64,000 bases of DNA from Ruminococcaceae bacterium UBA1036 (lineage in GTDB: Bacteria > Bacillota > Clostridia > Oscillospirales > Acutalibacteraceae): assembly GCA_002316805.1 (NCBI GenBank), contig DCEF01000010.1, positions 137,687 through 201,686 on the forward strand, written 5' to 3'. The notes beneath the pieces were generated by a model that had not been told where the DNA came from, searched no databases, and saw only the letters and a program-made list of their open reading frames with translations. The translations under genes and the position numbers were made by a program. Shown here piece by piece: positions 19,715 through 28,689 of this stretch. The number at the start of each line of letters is the position of its first letter. Within the stretch, counting starts at the first letter, position 1.

Positions 19715-20131
19715 TCAAACGATTTTTGCTATCTTGCGAATCGAATCCGGGAGAATGTTTTCTTCTGCGGAAACAAGTAGCGTTATTTTCGTGTCAGCAA
19801 TTGATGAAAGCTTATTCATTTTTTCAGCAAAAGAAGCGAGGGCAAGTATGTCCTGCCCTATAATCTTCATCGTCGAGTCAACAAATATATCCGTAACATC
19901 ATAATTGCCAGCACAGATGCCGCAAATGAATCCGCTCAGTGCATCAAGCCCCTGAATGCCATAGGAATCGATGTTGATAAGGCGCACATCATGTGAAATG
20001 TCGTAATTAAGATGGGTGCCTTTCGCGATGACAACTACATTTCCATTTGAATTTTGGGCTGCCTGGTTGGCATGCTCCACAAGCCTTTTCGTCTTTCCTG
20101 TTCCCTTTTTCCCGATAATAAGATTTATCAT
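19715..20131 (-). CDS. Small P-loop protein of unknown function
   Basis: N-terminal Walker A GKKGTGKT, later IFVDS; strong SD AGGAGGAG. Confidence 0.8.
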   Translation of the reverse strand: MINLIIGKKGTGKTKRLVEHANQAAQNSNGNVVVIAKGTHLNYDISHDVRLINIDSYGIQGLDALSGFICGICAGNYDVTDIFVDSTMKIIGQDILALASFAEKMNKLSSIADTKITLLVSAEENILPDSIRKIAKIV

Positions 20132-20188
20132 GGTTTGCTCCTCCTAATATATAAATTATTGCCAGTTGCTGCCCTCTGAAGACATAAT

Positions 20189-21529
20189 TTATTTTTTAAG
20201 GCGTGCTTCCAGAACAGCTTTTTCACCTTCATAGCCCGGTTTGCCAAGAAGGGCAAACATATTTTTCTTATAGCTTTCAACGCCCGGCTGGTTGAACGGG
20301 TTTATGCCAAGCAGATACCCTGAAACCGCGCAGGCTTTTTCGAAGAAATAAATCAGGCTGCCAAGCGATTCCTCCGAAAAATCGGGGACATGAATAATTG
20401 TATTAGGCACCCCGCCGTCAGTATGGGCAAGTAACGTGCCTTCGAAAGCTTTTTCATTTACATAGGACATTTTCTGGCCTGCCAAGAAATTAAGGCCGTC
20501 AGCATTATCGGCATCTTTTTCGATTACAAGGTCTTCAGCAGGCTTGTCAACAATTACTACCGTCTCCATCAGGCTGCGCCTGCCCTGCTGTATATATTGG
20601 CCAAGAGAATGCAGGTCTGTTGTAAAAATACATGAAGCAGGGAACAGGCCCTTATTGTCTTTGCCCTCACTCTCACTGAAAAGCTGCTTCCACCATTCGC
20701 CCATCATCTGAAAACGCGGCTCATAGCTTGCGAGGATTTCAACTTCCTTGCCTCTGCGGTACAGAATATTACGAATCGCCGCATAGCGGTAGCAGTCGTT
20801 TTTTGAAAGGTCAGGATCGTCAAATTCATTCATCGATGCTGCGGCGCCTTTCATCAGCGATGAAATATCAGCACCTGAAACAGCAATTGGCAGCAGCCCT
20901 ACGGCCGTAAGTACAGAGTAGCGCCCGCCAACATCATCAGGCACCACAAAAGTTTCATATTTTTCACGGTCTGCAAGTGCTTTCAGTGTTCCGTGTGCCT
21001 TGTCGGTTGTACAGTAAATGCGCTTTGCAGCCTCTGCTTTGCCATATTTCTTCTCAAGCTGGCTGCGGAAAAAGCGGAATGCAACAGACGGCTCCGTCGT
21101 TGTGCCCGACTTTGAAATGACGTTTACTGAAACGTCTTTCCCTTTACAGAGTTCCAGGGTTTCTGTCAAAGTTGTTGAACTTAAGCTGTTACCTATGAAA
21201 TAAATATCTGGTGTATCTTTCTTTAAAGAATTATAGTTCTGTGATTTCAGAAATTCGATTGCCGCGCGCGCACCCAGATAGGAACCGCCTATGCCTATAA
21301 CTACAAAAGCCTGAGAGTTAGAGCGTATGCGCTCTGCGGCTTTTAGGATGCGGTCGAACTCATTTTTATCATACGTCTCCGGAAGGCGTATCCACCCGCG
21401 AAAATCGCTGCCAAGGCCTGTACCATCATGGAGCATTTCATGGGCAAGCCGCACCTGCGGGGCAATTCCCTCATACTCCTCATCATCTATAAAGCCTGAA
21501 AGGTGGTGCATATCAAGCTTAACTGACAT
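20189..21529 (-). CDS. pgi: Glucose-6-phosphate isomerase
   Basis: [47 protein letters not shown]. Confidence 0.97.
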   Translation of the reverse strand: MSVKLDMHHLSGFIDDEEYEGIAPQVRLAHEMLHDGTGLGSDFRGWIRLPETYDKNEFDRILKAAERIRSNSQAFVVIGIGGSYLGARAAIEFLKSQNYNSLKKDTPDIYFIGNSLSSTTLTETLELCKGKDVSVNVISKSGTTTEPSVAFRFFRSQLEKKYGKAEAAKRIYCTTDKAHGTLKALADREKYETFVVPDDVGGRYSVLTAVGLLPIAVSGADISSLMKGAAASMNEFDDPDLSKNDCYRYAAIRNILYRRGKEVEILASYEPRFQMMGEWWKQLFSESEGKDNKGLFPASCIFTTDLHSLGQYIQQGRRSLMETVVIVDKPAEDLVIEKDADNADGLNFLAGQKMSYVNEKAFEGTLLAHTDGGVPNTIIHVPDFSEESLGSLIYFFEKACAVSGYLLGINPFNQPGVESYKKNMFALLGKPGYEGEKAVLEARLKK

Positions 21530-21581
21530 TATTCATCCTCCTGACGCTGCAATTCAATATAACATATGTTTTTATAAGTCT

Positions 21582-21610
21582 ATTTTACATTATGCGATAA
21601 AACTTTGCAA
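21582..21610 (-). promoter_or_regulatory. Sigma-A promoter of pgi
   Basis: TTGCAA-17 bp-TAAAAT with extended TG. Confidence 0.65.
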
Positions 21611-21655
21611 GGACTTTGCACACTCAGAAGGCGCATTTTTTCAGCCACTGGGAAA

Positions 21656-22801
21656 TTATTTCATAAGGAGTTCAAGAAGCAGCATATGAAAAACTGAAAA
21701 AAATGAAATTTTCTCCACTGACGTTTTAGCCCTGATGTTATATTCCTGCAATGTCTCTCCGCCAAGCGTGCATATTACTTTCCCGAGTACCTGCCCTTTT
21801 TTTACCGGCGCTGCTATGCCTTTTTGCATACTTACCTGATATTTTACTGCTCCGCCCTTGCCCTTTGGGACAAGCAGGCTTGTTCCAGAATCGACATCAA
21901 CAGCTACCTGCTTTTCCATGCCATTCCTCACTTCCGCAGGATTGGTGGCTTCTTTAGGAATAGACGGCACAGCAACAGACCAGTTGGCAAAGCCGTAATC
22001 CAACAGAGATGCAGCACTTGAAAAGCGCGCTTTCGTGTCCGGGCACCCAAGCACAACAGCTATGAGGCTCACACCGTTGCGCTGGGCAGTTGCGTCCATG
22101 CAGCTTCCTGCTTTGTTTGTTGTACCTGTTTTAAGGCCTGTGATGCCTTTATATGACTTCAGAAGCTTATTTGTGTTCACAAGCTGGGTTTTCCCGCCGC
22201 GCAAATAATCGATCCATGTTTTAGTATAATTGAAAATCTTCGGATGACGCACCAGTTCGCGTGACATAATGGCAATATCCCACGTGGACGTCACATGCCC
22301 ATCCTCGTCGAGGCCATAGCAGTTTTTGAAAACAGTGTCATTCATGTGGAGCTGTTTTGCTTTGCTGTTCATCTGGGAGACAAACTCCTCTTCGCTGCCG
22401 GCAAGGTATTCACCGAGCGCAACCGCACAGTCGTTTGCGCTTGCTATAACAGTCGCTTTTAATAAGTCGTCAACAGTCATTGTTTCGCCCGGCTTCAGCC
22501 ATATCTGTGAGCCACCCATGGAAGCAGCATGCTGGCTTACCGAGACTTTGTCTGAAAGGCCGATTTTACCGGAATCAAGCGCTTCCATAACAAGCAGGAG
22601 CGTCATTACCTTCGTGATTGACGCGCAGGCACGTTTTTCATGCGGATTTTTTTCAAAAAGGACCTTGCCCGTCTGGGCTTCCATCAGTATTGCCGACGGT
22701 GCTTTCATCTCCTGCGCGGAAACAGCGGATGCGCCAAGCGGAAGGCCTGCAAATGTTATGGCTGATGCAAGAAAGCATGCAGCCGTTTTTCTCAGTTTCA
22801 T
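21656..22801 (-). CDS. dacF: D-alanyl-D-alanine carboxypeptidase (DacF-like, peptidase S11)
   Basis: Signal peptide, ASITK (SxxK), SAND, KTG; SMGGSQIWL. Confidence 0.85.
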   Translation of the reverse strand: MKLRKTAACFLASAITFAGLPLGASAVSAQEMKAPSAILMEAQTGKVLFEKNPHEKRACASITKVMTLLLVMEALDSGKIGLSDKVSVSQHAASMGGSQIWLKPGETMTVDDLLKATVIASANDCAVALGEYLAGSEEEFVSQMNSKAKQLHMNDTVFKNCYGLDEDGHVTSTWDIAIMSRELVRHPKIFNYTKTWIDYLRGGKTQLVNTNKLLKSYKGITGLKTGTTNKAGSCMDATAQRNGVSLIAVVLGCPDTKARFSSAASLLDYGFANWSVAVPSIPKEATNPAEVRNGMEKQVAVDVDSGTSLLVPKGKGGAVKYQVSMQKGIAAPVKKGQVLGKVICTLGGETLQEYNIRAKTSVEKISFFSVFHMLLLELLMK

Positions 22802-22907
22802 ATCCGGCACCCCCAATTTCATATTTAATCTTATGCCCGAGAGTGCAGTTCTATCCATTCTTTTTCTTCACACACCTGCAGTATAAAGCTATGAATTTTT
22901 ACTTTCC

Positions 22908-22936
22908 TTGACAAAGCTACTTATGGCAGATAAGAT
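22908..22936 (+). promoter_or_regulatory. Sigma-A promoter of mntP
   Basis: TTGACA-17 bp-TAAGAT. Confidence 0.7.
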
Positions 22937-22981
22937 TATGGAGTGCTTTTCACATATTTTCAGAATATCTGGAGGAACCTG

Positions 22982-23572
22982 ATGGACTATGTTTCCCTAT
23001 GCGGCATTGCAATAGGCCTTGCAATGGACGCATTTGCTGTTAGCATAACAAATGGCGCCGTAACAAGGCGTGTAACACCGCGCTTTGCTTTTAAAATTGC
23101 ACTCTGCTTTGGTCTTTTTCAGGCCGGCATGCCCGCAGCAGGCTGGCTTGTTGGCAAAGCCGGAGAAAGCATAATAAAAGCTGTGGACCATTGGATTGCG
23201 CTTATACTTTTAAGCTATATTGGCATAAGCATGATTGTGGAGTCGCACAGCAAAAAAAAGTCAGGTATCGAATGCGGCAGGCAGGACGACATATCCGCAA
23301 AAGCGCTGCTTATGCTCGGTGTGGCAACAAGCATTGACGCACTCGCCACAGGCGTTATCCTGCCGTCTGCTGTTGGTGCCTCCACAGTGCCTTTAATGCT
23401 TATTTCAATTTTTTTTATAGGAATAATCACTTTTATCATTTCTTACGCTGGCGTTTATATAGGCAAAAAATTTGGGACTGCCTGCGCAGACTACGCTGAA
23501 ACGGTCGGCGGGATTGTGCTTATTGCCATGGGCATAAAAATTTTTATCGAGCACATGTTTTTTAATGGCTGA
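22982..23572 (+). CDS. mntP: Manganese efflux pump MntP
   Basis: LAMDAFAVS, FGLFQAGMP, DHWIA, ATSIDALA; SD GGAGG. Confidence 0.92.
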   Translation: MDYVSLCGIAIGLAMDAFAVSITNGAVTRRVTPRFAFKIALCFGLFQAGMPAAGWLVGKAGESIIKAVDHWIALILLSYIGISMIVESHSKKKSGIECGRQDDISAKALLMLGVATSIDALATGVILPSAVGASTVPLMLISIFFIGIITFIISYAGVYIGKKFGTACADYAETVGGIVLIAMGIKIFIEHMFFNG

Positions 23573-23582
23573 GTTTAATTGC

Positions 23583-23620
23583 AAAAACAGGCTGCCGGAA
23601 AATTCCGGCAGCCTGTTTTT
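23583..23620. terminator. Bidirectional terminator mntP/tkt
   Basis: AAAAACAGGCTGCCGGAA-aa-TTCCGGCAGCCTGTTTTT. Confidence 0.88.
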
Positions 23621-23638
23621 TACCCAACTGAACTATTT

Positions 23639-24586
23639 TTACTTTTTGCCAAGTGCCTTTTTCGTCACCTCAACAATATGCGGCGCACAGAGGCCGTAAT
23701 CGTCAAGCAGCGCAGCGGCCGGCCCAGAATGGCCAAACTCGTCGTTAATGCCGATTTTAACTACCGGCACAGGGCACTCTTCACAAAGCACGCTGCATAC
23801 GGCATCACCGAGACCGCCGATTACATTATGCTCTTCTACAGTTATAATCTTGCCCGTCTCTTTTGCGGCTTTTACAATAATGTTGCGGTCTATAGGCTTT
23901 ATGGTATGGATATTTATCAAGCGGGCATCAATGCCCTCTTTCTCCAGCTCTTTCACAGCTTCGAGCGCACGTGAAACCATAAGACCCGTCGCGATTATAG
24001 TTACATCTTTTCCGTCGCGAAGCGTTATGCCTTTGCCAATTTCAAAATGGTAGTCATCTGAATTATTGAAGCTTTCCACGGCAAGGCGCCCAAGGCGCAG
24101 ATAAACAGGCCCCTTGTATGCTGCCGCCGCTTTTACAGCGGCACACATCTCATAGTGGTCTGACGGATTCAGCACGACCATGCCAGGTATGGAGCGCATA
24201 AGCGCAATATCTTCAAGGCACTGATGGGTGGCACCGTCTTCGCCGACGGAAATTCCGGCGTGTGAGCCTACAATTTTCACATTAAGGTGCGGGTAGCCTA
24301 CTGAGTTGCGCACCTGCTCAAAAGCACGCCCTGCTGCAAACATGGCAAAAGATGTTGCGAACGGTATCTTTCCGCATGTTGCAAGCCCTGCTGCAACACC
24401 TATCATATTGCTTTCGGCAATACCGCAGTCTATGAAGCGCTCCGGAAATTTTTCCTTAAAGAATTTTGTCTTTGTCGCTTCTGAAAGGTCGGCGTCAAGG
24501 ACAACTATATCAGGATTTGTTTCTCCGAGCTCCACCAAAGTAAGGCCATAGCTTTCACGCGTTGCCTTTTTTACCATTTCAGCCAT
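23639..24586 (-). CDS. Transketolase C-terminal subunit
   Basis: ATRESYG, GIAESNM, GEDGATHQ, TIKPID, TVEEH. Confidence 0.93.
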   Translation of the reverse strand: MAEMVKKATRESYGLTLVELGETNPDIVVLDADLSEATKTKFFKEKFPERFIDCGIAESNMIGVAAGLATCGKIPFATSFAMFAAGRAFEQVRNSVGYPHLNVKIVGSHAGISVGEDGATHQCLEDIALMRSIPGMVVLNPSDHYEMCAAVKAAAAYKGPVYLRLGRLAVESFNNSDDYHFEIGKGITLRDGKDVTIIATGLMVSRALEAVKELEKEGIDARLINIHTIKPIDRNIIVKAAKETGKIITVEEHNVIGGLGDAVCSVLCEECPVPVVKIGINDEFGHSGPAAALLDDYGLCAPHIVEVTKKALGKK

Positions 24587-25432
24587 TTATTCCGCCTCCA
24601 GTTCCGTCAGTGACTTGTGCAGCTCATCCATAGCAATTTTATACTGCTCGTCATTAGGGGCTTTGCCGTGCCACCCAACCTGATTCTCCATATATGATAC
24701 ACCTTTGCCCTTCACAGTCTTTGCGATTATGACGCTCGGCTTACCTTTCACGGTTTTTGCATGGCAGAAAGCAGATTCAATAGCGTCAAAGTCATGGCCA
24801 TCAATCTTCTGTACATCAAACCCAAATGCCTTAAATTTTTCATCTATCGGCCCCGGGCCGGCGACTTCTTCAACCGGGCCGTCTATCTGAAGACCATTAT
24901 TGTCTATTATAAGGCACAGATTGTCCAGCTTATGGTGTGCCGCAAACATAGCGGCCTCCCAAACCTGGCCTTCGTCTATTTCGCCGTCGCCAAGCAGACT
25001 GTAAACACGGTATAGCTTTTTGTCAAGCTTACCGGCAAGTGCCATACCGCATGCCGCGGAAACACCCTGCCCGAGTGAGCCTGTGCTCATGTCTACGCCA
25101 GGCGTTTTTGTCATGTCCGGGTGCCCTTGAAGGCGTGAGCCAATGTGGCGGAATGTTTTAAGCTCTTCGAAAGGGAAATAGCCTTTGAGCGCAAGTGCGG
25201 CATAAAGGCCAGGGCACGTGTGGCCTTTTGAAAGGACAAAGCGGTCACGGCTCTCATCTTTAGGGTTGTTAGGGTCAATCTTCATTTCTTTAAAATAAAG
25301 GTAAGCGAAAATCTCAGCAGCGGACAGCGCACCGCCCGGATGGCCGGATTTTGCACTGTAAACAGCCGTCACAGCACCAATGCGAATCTTGCATGCGGCA
25401 ATCTGCAACGCCTTTTTTTCTGACTTCTTCAT
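24587..25432 (-). CDS. Transketolase N-terminal (TPP-binding) subunit
   Basis: SGHPGG, DRFVLSKGH, LQGHP, STGSLGQG, GDGE...EG..WEA, WHGKAP. Confidence 0.94.
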   Translation of the reverse strand: MKKSEKKALQIAACKIRIGAVTAVYSAKSGHPGGALSAAEIFAYLYFKEMKIDPNNPKDESRDRFVLSKGHTCPGLYAALALKGYFPFEELKTFRHIGSRLQGHPDMTKTPGVDMSTGSLGQGVSAACGMALAGKLDKKLYRVYSLLGDGEIDEGQVWEAAMFAAHHKLDNLCLIIDNNGLQIDGPVEEVAGPGPIDEKFKAFGFDVQKIDGHDFDAIESAFCHAKTVKGKPSVIIAKTVKGKGVSYMENQVGWHGKAPNDEQYKIAMDELHKSLTELEAE

Positions 25433-25488
25433 TCTGACCTCCTGAATACATTAAATTTTATAACTTTTAAACAATACATAACATGTTA

Positions 25489-25517
25489 ATTATAGGATAT
25501 GATTTCTCCATATTCAA
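25489..25517 (-). promoter_or_regulatory. Sigma-A promoter of the transketolase genes
   Basis: TTGAAT-17 bp-TATAAT. Confidence 0.7.
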
Positions 25518-25555
25518 TACCGCTATAGAATTACAGTTACAGCCAAACGCTAAAA

Positions 25556-26875
25556 TCAGTTTTCCGCCGGCACATTTTGCGAAACATCTTCGCTTGAATC
25601 GTCGTCAGGATAATCGTTGGCCGCATGGAATTTGTCGATAATCCAGAATATCACGCCGAGCAGCATGCCGACGCATGTGCCAAGCGCCATGCCTGTCAGT
25701 TTCACTTGGCCGAGCTGGACGAAAGCACCCGAAAGGCCGGTTACAAGAATTACGCTCGCCATAGCAAGGTTCCTCGATCTGCTGAAATCGACTTTCTGTT
25801 CAACAAAAAGCCTCAGGCCCGAAGCGGCAATCATGCCATAAAGAAGAAAACTGACTCCTCCCATCACAGGCCCCGGTATAGACTGAATAATCGCGGAAAC
25901 TTTTCCGAAGAATGAAATTACTATCGAAATAACTGCGGCACCGCCTATTACCCACACGCTGTAAACGCCTGTCATAGCCATAACACCTATGTTTTCGCCG
26001 TAAGTCGTCGTCGGCACGGAACCAAACATTCCGGAAATCATCGTAGAAAGCCCGTCGCCAAGCAGCGTGCGGTGTAGTCCGGGGTCTTTCAAAATATCAC
26101 GCCCTATAATTTTTCCCGTGACAATCTGGTGCCCAATATGCTCAGAAACAACCACAAGCGTTGCCGGAAGTACAATGGAAATAGCATTCCAGTTGAATTT
26201 TGCAAGCTGAAAATGCGGAATGGTAAAAATCGGGGCCGCATTTACAACATTCCAGTTTACAAGCCCGCATGCAGCCGCCGCTATGTACCCAACAATAATG
26301 GCAATCAGTATCGGTATCACAGCTAAGAACCTGCGGAACAGAACTGACCCAAACACGGCAACGCCGAGAGTTATGAGAAACACAGCGACGTTTTTAGGGT
26401 CGATTTTAGTATATGTATCGGTAAGAATAAGGCCGCCCATTTTTGCCGCTGTGCCGGAAAGCTCAAGGCCTATTAATACTATGACCGAACCCATGGCAGC
26501 AGGCGGAAGTATGACATCTATCCATTTTGTGCCGCAGGATTTAATGATGAAGGCTACAAGGCACATTGCTGCACCTGTGACAACAAACCCGCCGAGTGCA
26601 TACTGATATCCAAGGCCCGGCGTACTTATAATAATCGTAGCCGGTGCAATAAACGCAAAGCTGGAACCGAGGTATGCGGGAGCCTTGCACTTTGTGATAA
26701 AGATGTACAGCAACGTTCCTACACCATTCATGAAAAGCACGACCGCCGGATTTATGCCAAGAAGGTTCGGCACAAGGACTGATGCGCTGAACATGGCAAA
26801 AAGGTGCTGAATGCTCAAAGGAATCGCTTGCTGGATTGGTGGACGTTCTTCGACCTGAATGATTTTTTTTCGCAT
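25556..26875 (-). CDS. uraA: Uracil permease (NCS2 family)
   Basis: QHLFAMF, YLGSSFAF, EHIGH, PTTTYGENIG, LLYGMIA. Confidence 0.92.
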   Translation of the reverse strand: MRKKIIQVEERPPIQQAIPLSIQHLFAMFSASVLVPNLLGINPAVVLFMNGVGTLLYIFITKCKAPAYLGSSFAFIAPATIIISTPGLGYQYALGGFVVTGAAMCLVAFIIKSCGTKWIDVILPPAAMGSVIVLIGLELSGTAAKMGGLILTDTYTKIDPKNVAVFLITLGVAVFGSVLFRRFLAVIPILIAIIVGYIAAAACGLVNWNVVNAAPIFTIPHFQLAKFNWNAISIVLPATLVVVSEHIGHQIVTGKIIGRDILKDPGLHRTLLGDGLSTMISGMFGSVPTTTYGENIGVMAMTGVYSVWVIGGAAVISIVISFFGKVSAIIQSIPGPVMGGVSFLLYGMIAASGLRLFVEQKVDFSRSRNLAMASVILVTGLSGAFVQLGQVKLTGMALGTCVGMLLGVIFWIIDKFHAANDYPDDDSSEDVSQNVPAEN

Positions 26876-26928
26876 GCTTTTATCTCCTCTAAATATATTT
26901 ATTCGCTTTTCGACATATCGAAAAGCTT

Positions 26929-26976
26929 AAAAAAAAAGCCCGCCCGATGCTTGAAACACATCGGATGAGCTTTTTT
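26929..26976 (-). terminator. Intrinsic terminator after the flavin reductase-rubredoxin gene
   Basis: AGCTCATCCGATG-loop-CATCGGGCGGGCT followed by a long T-run. Confidence 0.82.
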
Positions 26977-26982
26977 ATTCTG

Positions 26983-27639
26983 TTATTGCTGGCGCCGGAA
27001 TGCTGTCTTCGGTGCCCCACAAATGGGACACACCCAGTCATCTGGAAGTTCCTCAAGGGGAACAAAAGGATCACTGTAAACATATCCGCAAACAGTACAT
27101 ATCCAGTTTTCAGCATCTGTTTCTTTTTTCAATGGCTCCTCCATATAAGTCGGTGCATTTTTCGGTGCGCGGCCTTTAATTACACGCCTGTAATAATCGT
27201 AAGTCATCGGCTTGCCCTTTACAGCTTCACTGCCTGCAATGACTTCCGCAAGAAACACTGTGTGCATCTCTGTTTCGATACTTCTCGAAACCCTACAAAG
27301 GAACCAGCAGCAGATATGCTCCTTAACTACAGGCACGCCTTCCTCGAGCACTCTGTAATTGATATTTTTAAGCTTATCCGTATCGCGGCCAGACGTAAAG
27401 CCAAGCGCCCCAATTACAGCGCCGGAAGTGTCTTCGGACAAAACGGAAACTGTAAAAATGCCATTTTTCTTAATGCACTCGTTGCTGTAATTACCATGGC
27501 TTATGCTTACGGCAACCAGGTTGGGATGATTCGACACCTGAACAACGGTGTTCACAATGCATGCCGAAACTTTTTTCTCATTGTTTACGCCTATGGCATA
27601 GATTCCATAAGATAAAGTACGAAATACATCGTCTGTCAA
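26983..27639 (-). CDS. Flavin reductase-rubredoxin fusion (high-molecular-weight rubredoxin-like)
   Basis: Flavin reductase domain (LSYGIY, GFTSGRDTDK, HTVFLAEV, MTYDYY) + rubredoxin CTVCGY...PDDWVCPICG. Confidence 0.9.
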   Translation of the reverse strand: MTDDVFRTLSYGIYAIGVNNEKKVSACIVNTVVQVSNHPNLVAVSISHGNYSNECIKKNGIFTVSVLSEDTSGAVIGALGFTSGRDTDKLKNINYRVLEEGVPVVKEHICCWFLCRVSRSIETEMHTVFLAEVIAGSEAVKGKPMTYDYYRRVIKGRAPKNAPTYMEEPLKKETDAENWICTVCGYVYSDPFVPLEELPDDWVCPICGAPKTAFRRQQ

Positions 27640-27800
27640 TCATCACACCTCCTGAACACATTTTTACTATTATACTGCATATAAAATATAATTACAACAC
27701 AAATTTAAGCTTTTCCATGCCGCGCAGAAATTTTAAGTATAGTACTTTTAATGCCGAACAAAATATATCTATAAATCACTTTTTACGAAGGTAACAAGAA

Positions 27801-28685
27801 ATGACATCACTTTCAACATTCAGAAGGCTCAACGAAGTTTTCGAGGCTTCCATGGAAATTCCTTTCGACAGCTCCTCAAAAATAGTGCTTATAAGCGACT
27901 GCCACCGCGGCAACGGAAATTGGGCAGATGATTTCAGCCACAATCAAAACCTTTATTACTGTGCAATTAAATATTACTATGAAAACGGATTCACATATAT
28001 AGACCTCGGCGACAGCGACGAACTCTGGAAAAACAACAGCTTTTCAGATATCTGCAATGTCTACAGTGATATTTTCCGGCTTCTCCATAAATTTTATGCC
28101 GAGCACCGCCTATACATGATTTTCGGTAACCATGACATGGTAAAAAAATACCCATACTTTGTAAAGCAAAACATGGAACGGTTCTACAACAGGCGCACAG
28201 ACAGATATGAAAGCCTTTTCCCAGGTATACAGATGCATGAAGGCCTTATACTGAAAAATACCGAAACAAACAAAAAGCTGTTCCTCGTACACGGCCATCA
28301 GGGCGATATAATCAGCGACATTTTCTGGAAAGCCGGCCGGTTCCTATCGCGCCACATTTGGAAGATACTTGAATTTTTCGGTGTGAAAAACCCGATAAGT
28401 GCAGCTGTAAACCTCGTTAAAAAGAAAAAAGTTGAGAAAAAAATCTTCGAGTGGATAGAAGCAACAGGGCAGCCTGTAATTGCAGGGCATACACACCGCC
28501 CTGCATGCCCCGTGAAGGGCAATATACCGTATTTCAACACCGGCAGCTGTATACATCCAAACTGCATTACATGCATTGAAATTGTAAATTCAATCATTTC
28601 GCTTGTGGAATGGAATGTCGAAACACGTGAAGACCGCACAGTATTCGTAAACCGTGAGCTTTTGGCTGAACCAAGGGAGCTGTAG
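27801..28685 (+). CDS. Calcineurin-like metallophosphoesterase
   Basis: ISDCH, LGDSDELW, GNHD, HGH, GHTH, NTGS. Confidence 0.88.
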   Translation: MTSLSTFRRLNEVFEASMEIPFDSSSKIVLISDCHRGNGNWADDFSHNQNLYYCAIKYYYENGFTYIDLGDSDELWKNNSFSDICNVYSDIFRLLHKFYAEHRLYMIFGNHDMVKKYPYFVKQNMERFYNRRTDRYESLFPGIQMHEGLILKNTETNKKLFLVHGHQGDIISDIFWKAGRFLSRHIWKILEFFGVKNPISAAVNLVKKKKVEKKIFEWIEATGQPVIAGHTHRPACPVKGNIPYFNTGSCIHPNCITCIEIVNSIISLVEWNVETREDRTVFVNRELLAEPREL

Positions 28686-28689
28686 ACGA

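Noticed and set aside
22860-22981. yybP-ykoY Mn riboswitch or MntR box before mntP
   Set aside because: The promoter is only about 45 bp from the start, leaving no room for the riboswitch; the MntR-like match is too degenerate
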